Program-made: the position numbers and the translations under genes
Assembly (NCBI GenBank): GCA_964187785.1
Contig: OZ076411.1
Span: forward strand, 35,154,001-35,218,000
Source: Amphiscolops sp. MND2022
Lineage: Eukaryota
DNA: 64,000 nt
Direction of reading: 5' to 3'
Shown: piece after piece, positions 10,801-22,700 of the stretch
Layout of the letters: each line of letters opens with the position of its first letter
How positions within the stretch are numbered: the stretch's first letter is position 1
The notes under the pieces: model-generated
Databases searched by the model: none
Told to the model about the DNA's origin: nothing
What the model saw: only the letters and a program-made list of their open reading frames with translations

Positions 10801-13800
10801 ATTCAATTTTTAGAATGGGAATAATTTTTTATCAGTTACAATTAACTGGCACCCGGTTGCGTCCTCCCCCGGGTACCGAAGGTTGGCGCACTACTCCCCG
10901 TAACTGCTCTTTGATGTAGCCACATTAGAACCATGCCCGTGAAACCACAAGAGCGTGACAGAGGAATCAGACCAACCTTTTAAAGGAGTAGCACTTGTCT
11001 AAGTTGTTAATTGTAACTGAATGTTTTTAAAAAATGAGGACTTTTAATAGCATTTAACCGAAAACTTTCTTATCACAAATGTTCAGTCACTTCATTTTCA
11101 CACTTTCAAATGGACGTCATCGATGATAAGTTTTTGATCGCGAATAGCATGTTGTTGAATGCTTTTTCAAATTGTGTCATACGATTACATCATTCTGTCT
11201 TTTTCGTACATTGCCAATTTTAGTGCAACGAAAGTTTTCAATGCGTACAATATTATGCGTCTTGACAGTTTGTTTTCTTTTATTTTGCCGCGCTTCGATT
11301 ATGTCCAATTAGTTTTTTAGGACGTTCGCAAAGAACGCAACGACCTTGAACTAATTAAATTAGGTTGAAATTGCGAGCGGTTGAAATTGCAAGCGGTTGA
11401 AATTGCATGCGGTTGAAATTGCAAGCGGTTGAAAGTGTAATAGGTTGAAATGACAGCGGTTGACATTGCATAGGTTGAAATTGCATGGGACGAAATGACA
11501 TGTAACCGCTGATTTCATTCCGTAAAAACAATTTTTGTGATTATTTCTGTACATTTCTAACATATAATTTTTCGTTTAAGAAATCAAACGAAGCTTGTAT
11601 TGCGTGTACGAACAAAAGCGCCCCAGTCAAAGCGCCCATTTTACACAGTCATAAGCGCCCTAAGGCAAAGCGCCTCGCTAATTTTTGAGCTGATTTCATT
11701 GCCCCTAATTAAATCTAATTGAAGGTGTCCAAACAAGATAATAGTTCACTGGTAATGCCATGTTCAACATTTTCACACGTAACAAATTCCAATTGAAATC
11801 GACCTAATTTGTTAATTTTGGCATTTCTGTCAACAAAATATTAATTTCTTAAAGAAGAAATTAACCAATACACGGTTTTAGAATGGAAAACTCATAATTA
11901 TTTAAATGGAGCGAGGAACTTAAAGTCGGTGGCGGAAAAGAGTCAGTAAGACCATGACTGGAGTGCTTATGACTGGGGCGCTTTTAATTGTGTATTTTGG
12001 GCGCTTTTGTCTGGTAACCTTGTATTGGGGTAAAAGTTGAGCTTCACTGAAAAAACTTTTTCGATAGTTTTTTTTGGTTCAGAAAAAGCCCGCAAACCCC
12101 CCTTCCTCTCATCTCATGGAGATTTGCCCAGGAGGGGCTTATGTTTTATACTAATGTTGGTTTTCACAGGGCCCGACACCGAAGTTAGTGTTCTCGGAAC
12201 AAACAACAATGCTTCGTCAACTTCCTTGTACGATTTGCCAAACGTATTTGGAACCGACTCCCTTTCAGAAATAGATAGAAGACGGTCTCTGGATATCGAG
12301 TTCAAAGAAGGGTTTTTCGCTGAGCCGCGAAGTGTGACGTCATCATTGAGTAGCAGCTCAGAGAAGTTCAGTCGTCGGGAACAGCTCATAATGGCGATTG
12401 AAGAATGCAAGCGCATGCTTAAGGATAATCAGAGTGATGAAAAATTGAAAGGTAAAGAATTTGGAACTTTATTAACAACATTATCTGGAACCGCATTTTC
12501 CGTTGAAGCTCTCATTTTCTAGTTTTTTATGCTTGAAAGAAAATTCTTTTAACATGGATGTGTACAGCTAAAACGCAGTTTTCGATAACATAAATGAATG
12601 AGTGACAATTTTAGAGAAGTTCGGGCACCAACTTGTCAAACTGAGACTGATGCTTTTGGAAGAAAGCGAGACGTCTGAAGAGCAGTATAAACGAGTCAAT
12701 GGGCACAAAATGATTCCGACTTTACGCAAGAGAACTTCAAAGGCTGTGTGTGAGCACTGTAACCAGTATTTAATTGGTTAGTTTTTGTATGTTCAACTTC
12801 GGAAAAACTTGTCAACATGAAAATGAAGCATCTATACCTGGGTTTAGATACATCAACGTTTGCAAAGTTCATCCGAAGTAACCAATCTTTAATATAACTC
12901 TGTTGTGTCTATCAACATGACCTATTAACACTCGAATATTTTCCCTCTGCCTGTAACAATTGCTGAAAAATATCCAATTTGACCTGTCGGTTTCAGAGCG
13001 CTTCCAATATATACTTCATGATTATGACAGCAGGAATGCTTCGACGGTGATTTAAAGCTCAATATTCAAGTTTAATAAAATATAATGGAAGTAAATGATC
13101 TTTTTCGAAAGTGCGCTGAACAAATAAACGAAAGATCCTAGTTTTAGATGCAGAATTTTTCTCTTCCCCAGTTTCTGCCATAACTTCTATAAGTTCACTT
13201 CCATTCAATTTAAATGCTGCCAAAAGCGTAGGGGGTTAACTCGTTTTTCCGCACAAAGTGAATGTTTTTTTGCATGTGCGTGTGCTCTAGTCCCTCACTA
13301 AATCAACATGTTTTTATGCGTCCAAAAAGATTAATCTTTGGGGGGTTATCGGCACTCTGACTTTTTTCGAACAAAATTCTTTCGGTGAAAAACATATTCG
13401 GGTTTTTGTGAAACTTTCCGTTTTTCTTTCAAATCCTGAACAAATTCGTTTCGTCAAATTTTTGGCAGAGACAAAAAAGCACATCGTTGGGTTATAATCG
13501 ATATACCCTAATGTAATGAACCCTAATCGATATACGTTTTTAATGAAAGTTTTCAAAATTGGAACCCTGCAGTGAAGTTTTGTCAACACCAGCGTCATCA
13601 GTTGGAAATGAACGGGTGCCCAACACGTCTTATACCTTGCCAGATAAATGACATCCATTAACAAAGTTTTTAAAACTTGTTCTTTTACAAGGCAACATTC
13701 CCATGAGCTTTTTTGGTAATGCCAAATTCAGTTTACATTTTGATATATCGAACAATTTTACAAGCTTTTTGAATGCTAAAACGGAAAGGTACGTTTAGGC

Positions 13801-15510
13801 ACTTCATAAAATAACTACTTGAAAGTTTTTAATATAAAATGCCTTTCAAGTTTTACTTCTCGTACCAATTTATGAAAATATTTGTATGCATGCTGCTAAA
13901 ATATAGTAGAACCAAAAATGTCCTGCTTGGCGGTGTTTTTTTTTCCAGTTACTTCTCAGATACTTGCAAATTAGTAAGAAACTACTGATACAACTCTACT
14001 TTCAATTAGACTTCCATTCTCTATGGATCTTAATTTATGGCAGAATGTTTTGATTTAACTTTGTTCAACCATCCAAATCATTTGTATTCGGATTCGATGA
14101 TTGAACATTTTTATTGTTGCAGGCCTTGTTCATTCATGGCACGAGTGCATTACATGCGGCTACCGTGTACATGACAAATGCCTTGAGTTATCTATTCGAG
14201 TGTGTCCATCAGTTCAAATTGAGAATTCAGCTACCTTCAACTGGGAGATATGCACAAAAAGTGGCCTATCAAGCCAGAACTTCCGCTGTGCCGAATGCAA
14301 GCGAATGATAGGAGGATGCTCTAACAGTTTATCATCACGAGCAAGCATCGGGTCTACTTCCAGTCTTGCTAACGCCAGTACGCTCATGCCAGATGAAGCC
14401 AGATTATGTGACTACTCTGGGTTGTATTACTGCTCTGGCTGCCATTGGAATGATACTGTAGTGATACCTTGCCGAGTAGTGCTTAATTGGGATTTCAGTC
14501 AGTATAAAGTACGTTGAAGCAGAATTTGATACCAATCAGAAAACTCGTTTTTCATGTCGCTGGAACTACTTCGACTGAATTTTGAAATTTTTGTCCTCAT
14601 TTTCCGGTAGTTATTATTTTCCGCCCGTATTCCATATGTGAAATTTTATACTTAGAAGATATTATTGTTCCACAGAACTTAACGAAGAAAAATCTAGGTT
14701 CGAAGCATGTTTTTTGGCGATATTTGAACTTTGTCGAAAACGTGTCTAGAGTTTAGCAGCCTGAAATGAACCTCTAGACACTTCTGAACCAATTTTTTTT
14801 AGAAAGTTTCATTCAAGTTTTGTTGAGGCTGCGTTAAAGTCCTACAAGTATATTGAAATGATTGAAGTATGATTGAAGATTGATTGTCATACAAGTATGA
14901 TTGAAATGATCAAGCAGTAAAGTTGATTTTTGAAGCGTTCTCCTTTTTTATCTAGGTCAGTCGCTATTGGAGGTCGTATCTACAACTGATGCATCGCAAG
15001 GCTGTCATCGACATATCAAAACTGAACAGTAGTCTATACAATCACATTGAAGAGTTAGCACATGTCAATCAATGTCGAATAGACATCTTGAAAATGAAAA
15101 CCTATTTCATCGGCTGTCGAAATGCATCTTCCAACCGTCTACTTCTCCTTTTACAATCGAGGCAACATTTTGTGGAGAACGCCAACATGTATTCAATGCA
15201 AGACCTGGTCGACATTGAAAACAAATCTCTGATACCAATTCTAGACAAAATACATACCATGTTTTCAAACCATATCAGACGGGAGTGTGAAATATGTCGA
15301 AACAAAGGCTTCATCTGTGAAATATGCAATTCCAATCAGATAATTTTCCCTTTCGACACACATGTGTATGTTTGCGCTGTTTGTTCCAACACATACCACG
15401 AAAACTGCTTTGATGAAGGCAATGCAGAATGTCTCAGATGTTCTAGAAGGAAAAACCGAAAAACTGACCCCGAACGTCAGTCCGATGATGACGAATTTGT
15501 CAAGTTTTGA
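7836..15510 (+). CDS. DEF8: DEF8 (C1 domain plus Rubicon-homology/zf-RING_9 domain), 6 exons: 7836-8169, 8455-8808, 12170-12451, 12615-12776, 14123-14508, 14956-15510; 690 aa
   Basis: All junctions are GT-AG and phase-compatible (2073 nt). Motifs AIEECK..LVKLRL, CEHC..GLVHSWHECITCGYRVHDKC, QNFRCAEC, EARLCDYSGLYYCSGCHWND..IPCRVVLNWDF, LLLLQSRQHFVEN and CEICRNKGFICEIC..IFPFD match DEF8 as I recall it. The assignment of exons 1-2 rests on phase only. Confidence 0.9.
9409..10706 (+). pseudogene. FLYWCH plus MULE DDE transposase, frameshifted near 10420 and deleted near 10600
   Basis: FLYWCH-like (HNGYCY..HWRC..C...H.H), WLIDGTFK, FAPPCVYLLLPNKT, ILADFEKA and CCYFHLTQS. It continues in another frame with DELALYFKNTYI..ARTTNSVEGWH and ends ..LRAVASFR* at 10706. 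Confidence 0.88.
10832..11020. mobile_element. 189-bp MITE-like insert with GC-rich core, nested in the Mutator element
   Basis: Perfect 15-bp inverted repeat TCAGTTACAATTAAC (10832-10846) and GTTAATTGTAACTGA (11006-11020). No clear TSD. Confidence 0.55.
11603..12018. mobile_element. Mutator-type MITE, 416 bp
   Basis: Exact 9-bp direct repeat CTTGTATTG at 11594-11602 and 12019-12027. Degenerate modular TIRs (ACAAAAGCGCCC../..GGGCGCTTTTGT) contain repeated AAGCGCCC units. Confidence 0.78.
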
Positions 15511-16251
15511 AAGTTCCCCAAATCCTAATCATACCATTTTTGTTTACCCAAGTAAAACTGTAATTATTGATAATTGTGAAGTGGCAGTTGAAATTGCTCT
15601 GATGAAATGAATTTTATGTGTAGAAATGATCAGTTAGTTGTTAGATTGAATGTTCGTCGTAGATAGAAGATTGTTGATTACTAAATGTTCCTTTCTTGGC
15701 ACTAGTTAACTATTTCTAAATCATTTTGTTTTGATTTCAGCTGAATCAGAGTTAGTTTCTGGCATCAATTTGTAAAACATCTCAATCTGTTACAGTTCCG
15801 AAATCGAAGCATGTGTGTCGTCATAGATTTCGATTTTCGATTATTCCGAGGAAGTATTTGGGAAAAGTAGTAGGTAAAGAATTGAACCGGGGGGTTTGAT
15901 TCATTCCAAAGAAATTCCTTGACCATCGGAAGTACTTGTGCTGTATTTGAGCCTTAAGAACTGACTTATGCTGTTCCCTGCTGTTTTTTTTTCAATCCGG
16001 CTGAAGTGACCCTTTCACGCCGAATGACAAAATTCTTAAAATTGGTTCGGAAAGGTCCTCCCTTTCATATTTGAATAAGATTGAGTATTTTCGACACTGG
16101 AACTTTTTTCGAAAAACTTCCGATCTTCCGTGGAATTCCCCCTTTGGCTTTTTGCACATGACGAAGTCAATGTGCATTGCAGTCCAGCTAAGAAAGTTTT
16201 TTTTTCCACAGTAGCCAACTTCATAATAAGCCCCTTTTAGAGAAAGGCCAA

Positions 16252-16325
16252 AACCCCAGAGAGATTCGAACCTGCAGCCTCCCGATTGCGCGGCATAAGT
16301 GTTAACCACTGTGCCATAAGGACGT
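16252..16325 (-). other. tRNA-like sequence (SINE head or tRNA pseudogene)
   Basis: The minus strand has an A box TGGCACAGTGG and a B box GGTTCGAATCT at tRNA-like spacing. The anticodon arm is poorly formed. Confidence 0.55.
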
Positions 16326-17604
16326 TATTGAATAAAGTTGAACTGTTGAATATATACGCATGCTATTAAAATAATATATACGCATATTAAAATAATCGTT
16401 GTCTTCGTCATGTGTTGCGAAGCACCGCTTCGCCTCTGTGTTGATACTGTTAGCTCTAAAAAAGTTTTTTTGAGCCTCTTTGGGTTTACGGCTCTGTGCG
16501 ACATTTTTTGCGGGGAACTTTTCATATAAAAAGAGTTTTTATGCAACATTAACGGCGAAGTTGTTTAATAATTTTGCGTGAGCTGGAATAAAATTAAGCT
16601 TAAAGTTAATTTTTCTGACCAAACGATCTTGACAATGTTCTTCACCTCTCTAACTTATTTACTTATCCAAATCTATCAGCAGCTAATGTAACAGCGGTTA
16701 CAAGTCAGTTTTTTGTGGAATCTCTGACGGCAAAAAAAGTTAGGTTCCATGTAAAAATCTATTAAAAGGAAGTCTAAACTTTACAGAGTTGTATGACTCG
16801 ACTTTCCTTCACCGTGTCGGCCTTCATCAAATTGAATTATTTTTGGTATGCTCTAATAGCAAGTGTCCTAACAGCGCAATGTCTAATGATAAGTGCCCCT
16901 TCGATCAGTATGGTCACGGAAAGGATATTTTTGGATTGTAATATTATATATCCAATTGTTCAAATAATTGAATCTCAATTGTGTGAAAGTTGCGTTAGTG
17001 CTATGGCTCAAGGTGATCAGCCTATCCGAAAACCGAAGCTTTTGTAAAAAGCAAGAAGTTTCTAGGAAAATAACACATTGCCAAGGAACTCTTCGAGCAC
17101 AAAAAAATGGAAATTTTGAATTGGAATTTTCCAAAAAATCATGGGAAATAATTCTGAAATGAAAAAAAAAGATGACAGTGCCGAAAAACCTACAAACAAC
17201 TTCCTAATCTCGATAAAAATTTCAATATGAAAGGGTTGACCCCCTCCGTGCGATTTGGCCCTCTGCAGAACTTACACGTATCGAAGATCTTAGTAGATCT
17301 TTTTTGGTCACTTCGACCTGATTAAAAAAACGACAAAGCCACTTTCATAGTGTCGTTTTATTAGTCGGCGCCTTCGAAGAAAACACGGACTATGGTGGTA
17401 GCTCCTCGTTTTTCTCAAGACCAGCAAACTGGTACATTTTTAGTCGGCGCTTTTGTAGAAAGAGCTACTATAGTAGTGGTTTTTTTTAAACCGACGAAGT
17501 GGCCGATTTCATGGGCTTTATAAGCTGTTGGCAATGTCCCTTTTGACAATCTACATACCACGTTTGAGCTCTAAAAACTGCTAAAGAGTCCCCTTCGACA
17601 ATAA

Positions 17605-17965
17605 CACAACCCACGCCTGATTTAACGAAAACTGTATATAACGAATTCCGGTTATAACGCTTCTTGGAGAATTTTCCAATGTTACCCCTTTCGCCTTTTA
17701 GGATATTTAGATTTGATACAAACTCATTTGAAGCCAAAGGGTCCCCCTTTGGAGTTTTTTTGGCGCAAACCCGATTTAACGCAAACCGGATATAACGAAT
17801 ACCCGATTTAACGCAAACGGGATATAGCGAATACCCGGTATAACGTATAGCGTATATAGCGAATACACGATATAACGTATAGCGGATATAACGACAACCC
17901 ATACCGGATTTAACGCAAACCGGATACAACGAATTCCGGATATAACGTATACCGGATATAACGTT
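17605..17965. repeat. Short-period array of CGGATATAACG / CGATTTAACGCAAAC motifs (probable subterminal repeats of a decayed TIR element)
   Basis: More than 10 degenerate 11-15-bp units, densest at 17770-17965. Confidence 0.6.
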
Positions 17966-18200
17966 TCTTGAAGAATTTCTCGAAGCTGTGAAAAGTGCTA
18001 AACAAAAAGTTTCTCATAACATCTAACACGTACTTAAATTCGGATAAAACGTGTTCAAAGTTCGGATACAATGTTCTCATTTCTCGTATAACGTTATCGA
18101 TTTTCCCCAAGTGTAAACCTTTGGGTCATGTTTTCAGTACTATTTTGGGTTTTCGAAACAAAAAATTCAAAACCACTTCCCCCGGATACACTTTTGTGCC

Positions 18201-18238
18201 TTGAGCGGGGCGCCGACTTGGGCCGTTCCCGGCTTGTT
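18201..18238 (+). repeat. Dispersed GC-rich hairpin motif ending in CTTGT (Helitron-3'-end-like); related copies at 5523-5554 and 22537-22576
   Basis: TTGAGCGGGGCGCCGACTTGGGCCGTTCCCGGCTTGTT; the GCCGACTTG core is shared by the three loci. Confidence 0.45.
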
Positions 18239-18913
18239 ATAAATTCTATTACTTGTAAGTAACTTGCTCCCGCCATTGGCCTAATTGTTAACGCGCGAGT
18301 GACAGTGGCTGGAGAGCTGGTTTTAGTAGGTTCTAATTGTGTGTATTTTTTTTCGCAAAAGTAAACGAGACCAAAGGGTTCGTTTTGGGTTTTTCACTGG
18401 ACTGTGCGACTTTTCGAATTTTTTTCTCATTGATCAAAGGGTACCCCTTTCATTTTTTCGGTTTCCAAAAAGGGTTTTGCGAGTCTTCTGAATGGTCTTA
18501 CATTGAATCTTTCGGCACTGTGCGACTTTTTCGGAAGAAACTGCTTTCTTCGAAACTTCGGATTTTTTGAAGTTTCCAGTTAGTAAAGAAGCGGTTTTCG
18601 AGTCTCAAGGGTACCCCTTCGGCTATTTTTCGGAACAGTAATATTGATAGAAATTTTCACAACCATTGTCGAAACTCAAAAACAATGAGTCTTTTCTCTG
18701 AGCAAAACAATCAACCGAAAATCCCAAATTGTTGTAAAAAGTTTTGCAAAAAAAGTCGCATACTGGCGAAAAACAGTGAGAAACCATTTCTCCAAGGCGA
18801 AACAAAATCAAAAAGCGAAAGGGGCCTTTGTTGAAAAATTTCCAAAAGTAGCAGTGGACGAAAAAAATTCAAAGTTGAACTGTTGGTCTCGTTCATCTTT
18901 GCCAAAATTTATT

Positions 18914-18989
18914 CGTCCATCCCGGGATTCGAACCAACGTACCCCGGCTTCACAGTCACCCACTGTATCCATTAGGCCACGTGAAGTGG
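18914..18989 (-). other. tRNA-like sequence (SINE head or tRNA pseudogene)
   Basis: Minus strand CGTGGCCTAATGGATA (A box)..CTGTGAA..GGTTCGAATCCC (B box). The acceptor stem does not pair well. Confidence 0.55.
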
Positions 18990-19324
18990 AATTGAAGTTT
19001 TGAAAAATTTATAGAATCTGCCAGTTCGCTGGTCTTAAAAGCAACTACAATCGTCTGCGTTTGCTTTCAGCCCTTCAGCCCTAAACACCAGTTTAAAGCT
19101 GCAGTTCGACCAGATAGTTGTAAAACGGCACTATAGTTATCATTGGTATGTTCTACACTTCTGCCTAATTTTGAAAAGTGGTTACAAACAGTAACAGATT
19201 AATTAGTATTGTTGAAAAACTTCACCTGAGTTGAGTTAAAATAAAAAATAGAATTTTTCAAGAACTCGCGAGCTTTTTTGAAGTTCTGCAAAGTTTTAAA
19301 ACTTTCGTTGTCTAATTTGGTTAG

Positions 19325-19580
19325 GATGTGAGGTACGCAAAACAATCCGAGGTCTGTAGATGCGGTCCACGGTCCGTGCTTTTCAATATTGATGGGTATA
19401 CATTTTGTGTGAAATTATTTTTAAAACTTTATTTCTAGTTTCAAATTCAAAAATTTTGAGCTACCCAACTCGGGTGATCCGAAGATCGTTGATTGCCGTT
19501 CAAAAAACCTGAAATGTGATGTTCTCGTTGCGTGGAGTCTATTTGCCTGACATGTTTTGTGCTACTAGCATAAAACATGT
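19325..19580 (+). pseudogene. Possible fossil piggyBac-like C-terminal cysteine-rich domain
   Basis: Fragments translate DVRYAK.. and KPEM*CSRCVESICLTCF, resembling the C-x2-C..LC..CF motif. Stops and frameshifts are present. Confidence 0.3.
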
Positions 19581-19719
19581 CAGGCAAATAAACTGAAAAT
19601 TACATCTTTGAACTGCAATATGCTGAAAATACTGATGAAAGATTCAATTACGTTAGTTTAACCCCGTTTAATTTCAGGGTCTTTTAATGTTACGTTTATA
19701 AGAGGGTTCCATTATAACC

Positions 19720-22700
19720 ATGCCTTCTGGCCATCACAGAAGTCCTGATAGACGAGAAAGGGACAGAGACCGAGGAAAACGCGAATGGAAAGAGGAAAGA
19801 GGTGACAGTCGAGAGCGCTCACGGAAGTATGAAGATAGTGCGAAACACCGTGAGAGCCATCGATCAGATCAACAGAGTTCTCGGGACGAAGAATACGTCT
19901 CTAGCAGTTCGAAGAAGAAATCACGGAAGTCAGAGAAACTTGAAAGAAGTGAGCGTTCTGTAATATATCTATTCAGTAAACTTTTCAAAAGCCCTGCTTT
20001 CCTGCTCTTCAATATTGAATTGATTTTTGTGAACTCAAACAACTGATGTATTACTGACGTCACAAAATAGCTTTAAAATGTCTGATGGTCTCTATTTAGT
20101 TTCGGATGATGACAGTTTCGATGCAGCTCCATCAGTGAAAAAATCAAGCAAACGAGAATCGCGAAAGTGTAGCGATGATGAGGAATTTCTGGAATCAATC
20201 GTGTCTGAGAAAAGCCACAGAGACAGACATAGAGACGAGTATTACGAGGGGTCGTCGTCCAGGAAGCGGAAAAACGAATCCATTGAAAGCGGTAAGTATT
20301 ACTTTTTCCCGATTTCAGTTTGTGAGAATCTTAATTTTTCTTTTGCATGATGTGTATAATTATTTTAGATCGAGTCAAAGTCGAAGAAGCTCCAAAGCAC
20401 AATGCTGACGAGTACGAAGCTGTGAGTGATGACAATGATCATTCCCTCTCTCCTGAAAATTCTCGGAGAGAATCCAAGAAAAAGAAACGCCGCGACAGGT
20501 CACGTGAAAGGTCAGACTCACACGAACGACACAGCTACCGCGAGGACAAACGGCGGTCAGACTTGATTGCCGAAGGAGGTCGTCGTGTCTTCATGGAGTA
20601 TGATGATCGCGAGTCGAAGAAGAATAAAAAATATAAGTATGATGACAGAGAAGAAAGTGACTCCAAGCATGGTAACGACAGAAGTCATTACTCTAGTAGG
20701 AAGAGGTCCAAATCTCCATCGGAAAAGAGAAGCAAACGTTCCCGGAGAGACGAAGATGAAAAAGAAGATCACCGTGACGAATTGAATGAAACGGAGAAAC
20801 AGAAACACAGACGAGAAAAGGCCAAAGATTTCATAGCCCGTCAGAAGTGAGGAACATTACATTTTTAGCGCATGGAAGTCATGAGTTTCTTGATGGGTTC
20901 ATTCGATATTGATTTTTTTGCTCTCAGCTCTCCTTGTGCGGTTTAATATTTCGTTGGGTTCGAATTTAAGAGGAAAAAATGTTTAACTTTGAGCAACGGA
21001 GAAAATTTTCAAGATTGAAATATACTTTCAAAGCTGAGTTTCCTTAAAATTTTGAAATAATTGTTTCGCTGCTGCTTAGTGAACTCAATTCATCCATTGG
21101 CGAACAAGAGACAGAAAATTCTACTGAAGACAAACCTTTGGGCTCCAAATGGGTTTCTATTACTCCCGAAAAACCAGCTTCAGTCAAACCCGAAGATCTG
21201 ACTCATGATCATTATGATCCCATGTCTCCAACCAAAGAAGAGTTAGTCTCCGTTTAACGTTTTCCACGTTTATTCTTTCCTTTCTCACAACCTAACTTCG
21301 ATTTATTTTAGGTCACCCGCGAGAGCGGGCCTATATGACGGGGTTGACTTGAGTGAAAAGCCTGAATCATCAAGGCGACGGAGATCAAAAGATAAACGCA
21401 GCTCACGGTCGCCTTCACTCCAAAGAAAAGTGTCCAGTCGGCGTTCGCGTGAAAAAGACAGAAGAAGCGATAAAGGTGATCGAATTCGAGATCGGTCTAG
21501 ATCTCCATCCCGAAGTCCCATTGATAAAGTCCCTGAAAGGAAAGAAGTTGATAAAAAGGTCAATAATAATGATTTCTACGAAGATTTGCCTTCAGTGTCG
21601 CCTACAGATGATTCTGCGTTCGATTTCGAAAATGCGAACCACGAATCGGGACGCAGGAGAAGTAAGTCAAGGTCCCGACACAGAGATAGAGATTATAAAC
21701 GAAGATACGAGTATTCGGAAAATAGAGACAGTAGAAAGCGCAAATCATATCACTCGAGCGAAGCTTACGATGAAACCGATCACAGAGAATCTTCGAGCAA
21801 GCATCAGTCTAGTCATCACCGGTCAGAAATTCCATCAGATGATTTCAAGAACAACGAGCGAGAAAGATCTCCAGATCACAGTACAAGTGGAAACTACCGG
21901 AGTTCGTTGTCACCAAGTGGAAGATTCAAAATTCCTGGTAGTCCAGTTGACCCGAAAAGCAAGTTAGTGATATTTGTCTAAGTGATTTCAATATATTTTT
22001 ATCTAGCTATCTGTTTCAGATAAACGAATGACTTCGAGAATCAAAACATTTTTATTTGGCTCGTTCTGCTAAAGAAATGTTTACTGGAAAGTTTGTAAGT
22101 CAAGTTGATAGACCGCGATATAGCCGAAAATGTTGGAGTGAATATCGGTGTAAATAATTGATTAATCTACAATAATTGTCCTTATTACATCAAATTTAAA
22201 TTTCTACACTACCGTCGTATGTGAACTTTTTTGTATTTTATCATATCAGGAAACTCAAATATACATTATCTGCGAAGCTACAACAAACCAAAATGTTCCT
22301 TCTGTTTTTTTTTGATTTTTTTTCACTAGATGGTGTCTTTTGACATTTTGTGTAAGGGAAAAGCTTTTTAATATCCATATGGTCCATATTGGAGTTTTTC
22401 CACACTGTGCAACATTTTTGGAAACTTTTATACTTCACGAAATATTCTTTTTAAAAATCTTTTTGACATAAGTAAAGATTTTTTGGCAGAGATTTTTCAA
22501 AAGTTTTATATTTGAAAGGCTGCGCTTTTTGAGCGTTTAGCGGGCAGGTGCCGACTTGGGACGTTCCCGTTTTGTTTAATCGTTCATTTTAAATAGTAAT
22601 CCCAGTGACTCCAAATTAAGGCTACGTCTTCGATTAGGGATGTAACTTAGAGACAATTACCAAATTTTTTAAACTCATCTACGTCAAGTTTGTTCGAAAA

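Larger units (their letters stand above)
9045..11507 (+). mobile_element. Mutator-superfamily (Phantom-type, FLYWCH-MULE) transposon, 2463 bp, in DEF8 intron 2
   Basis: Exact 9-bp TSD GCTGATTTC at 9036-9044 and 11508-11516. TIRs GGTGTCAGGACATTTCGTCCTATG.. and ..CATGGGACGAAATGACATGTAACC are followed by inverted arrays of a 14-15-bp unit (TGCAATTTCAACC). Confidence 0.93.

Noticed and set aside
16252-18989. Functional tRNA genes (e.g. a His-GTG-like loop at about 18950)
   Set aside because: Acceptor and anticodon stems do not pair properly; kept only as tRNA-like sequences.
21353-21967. 204-aa ORF overlapping the RS exon in another frame
   Set aside because: Off-frame reading of a purine-rich low-complexity exon; splice phases support only the RS frame.
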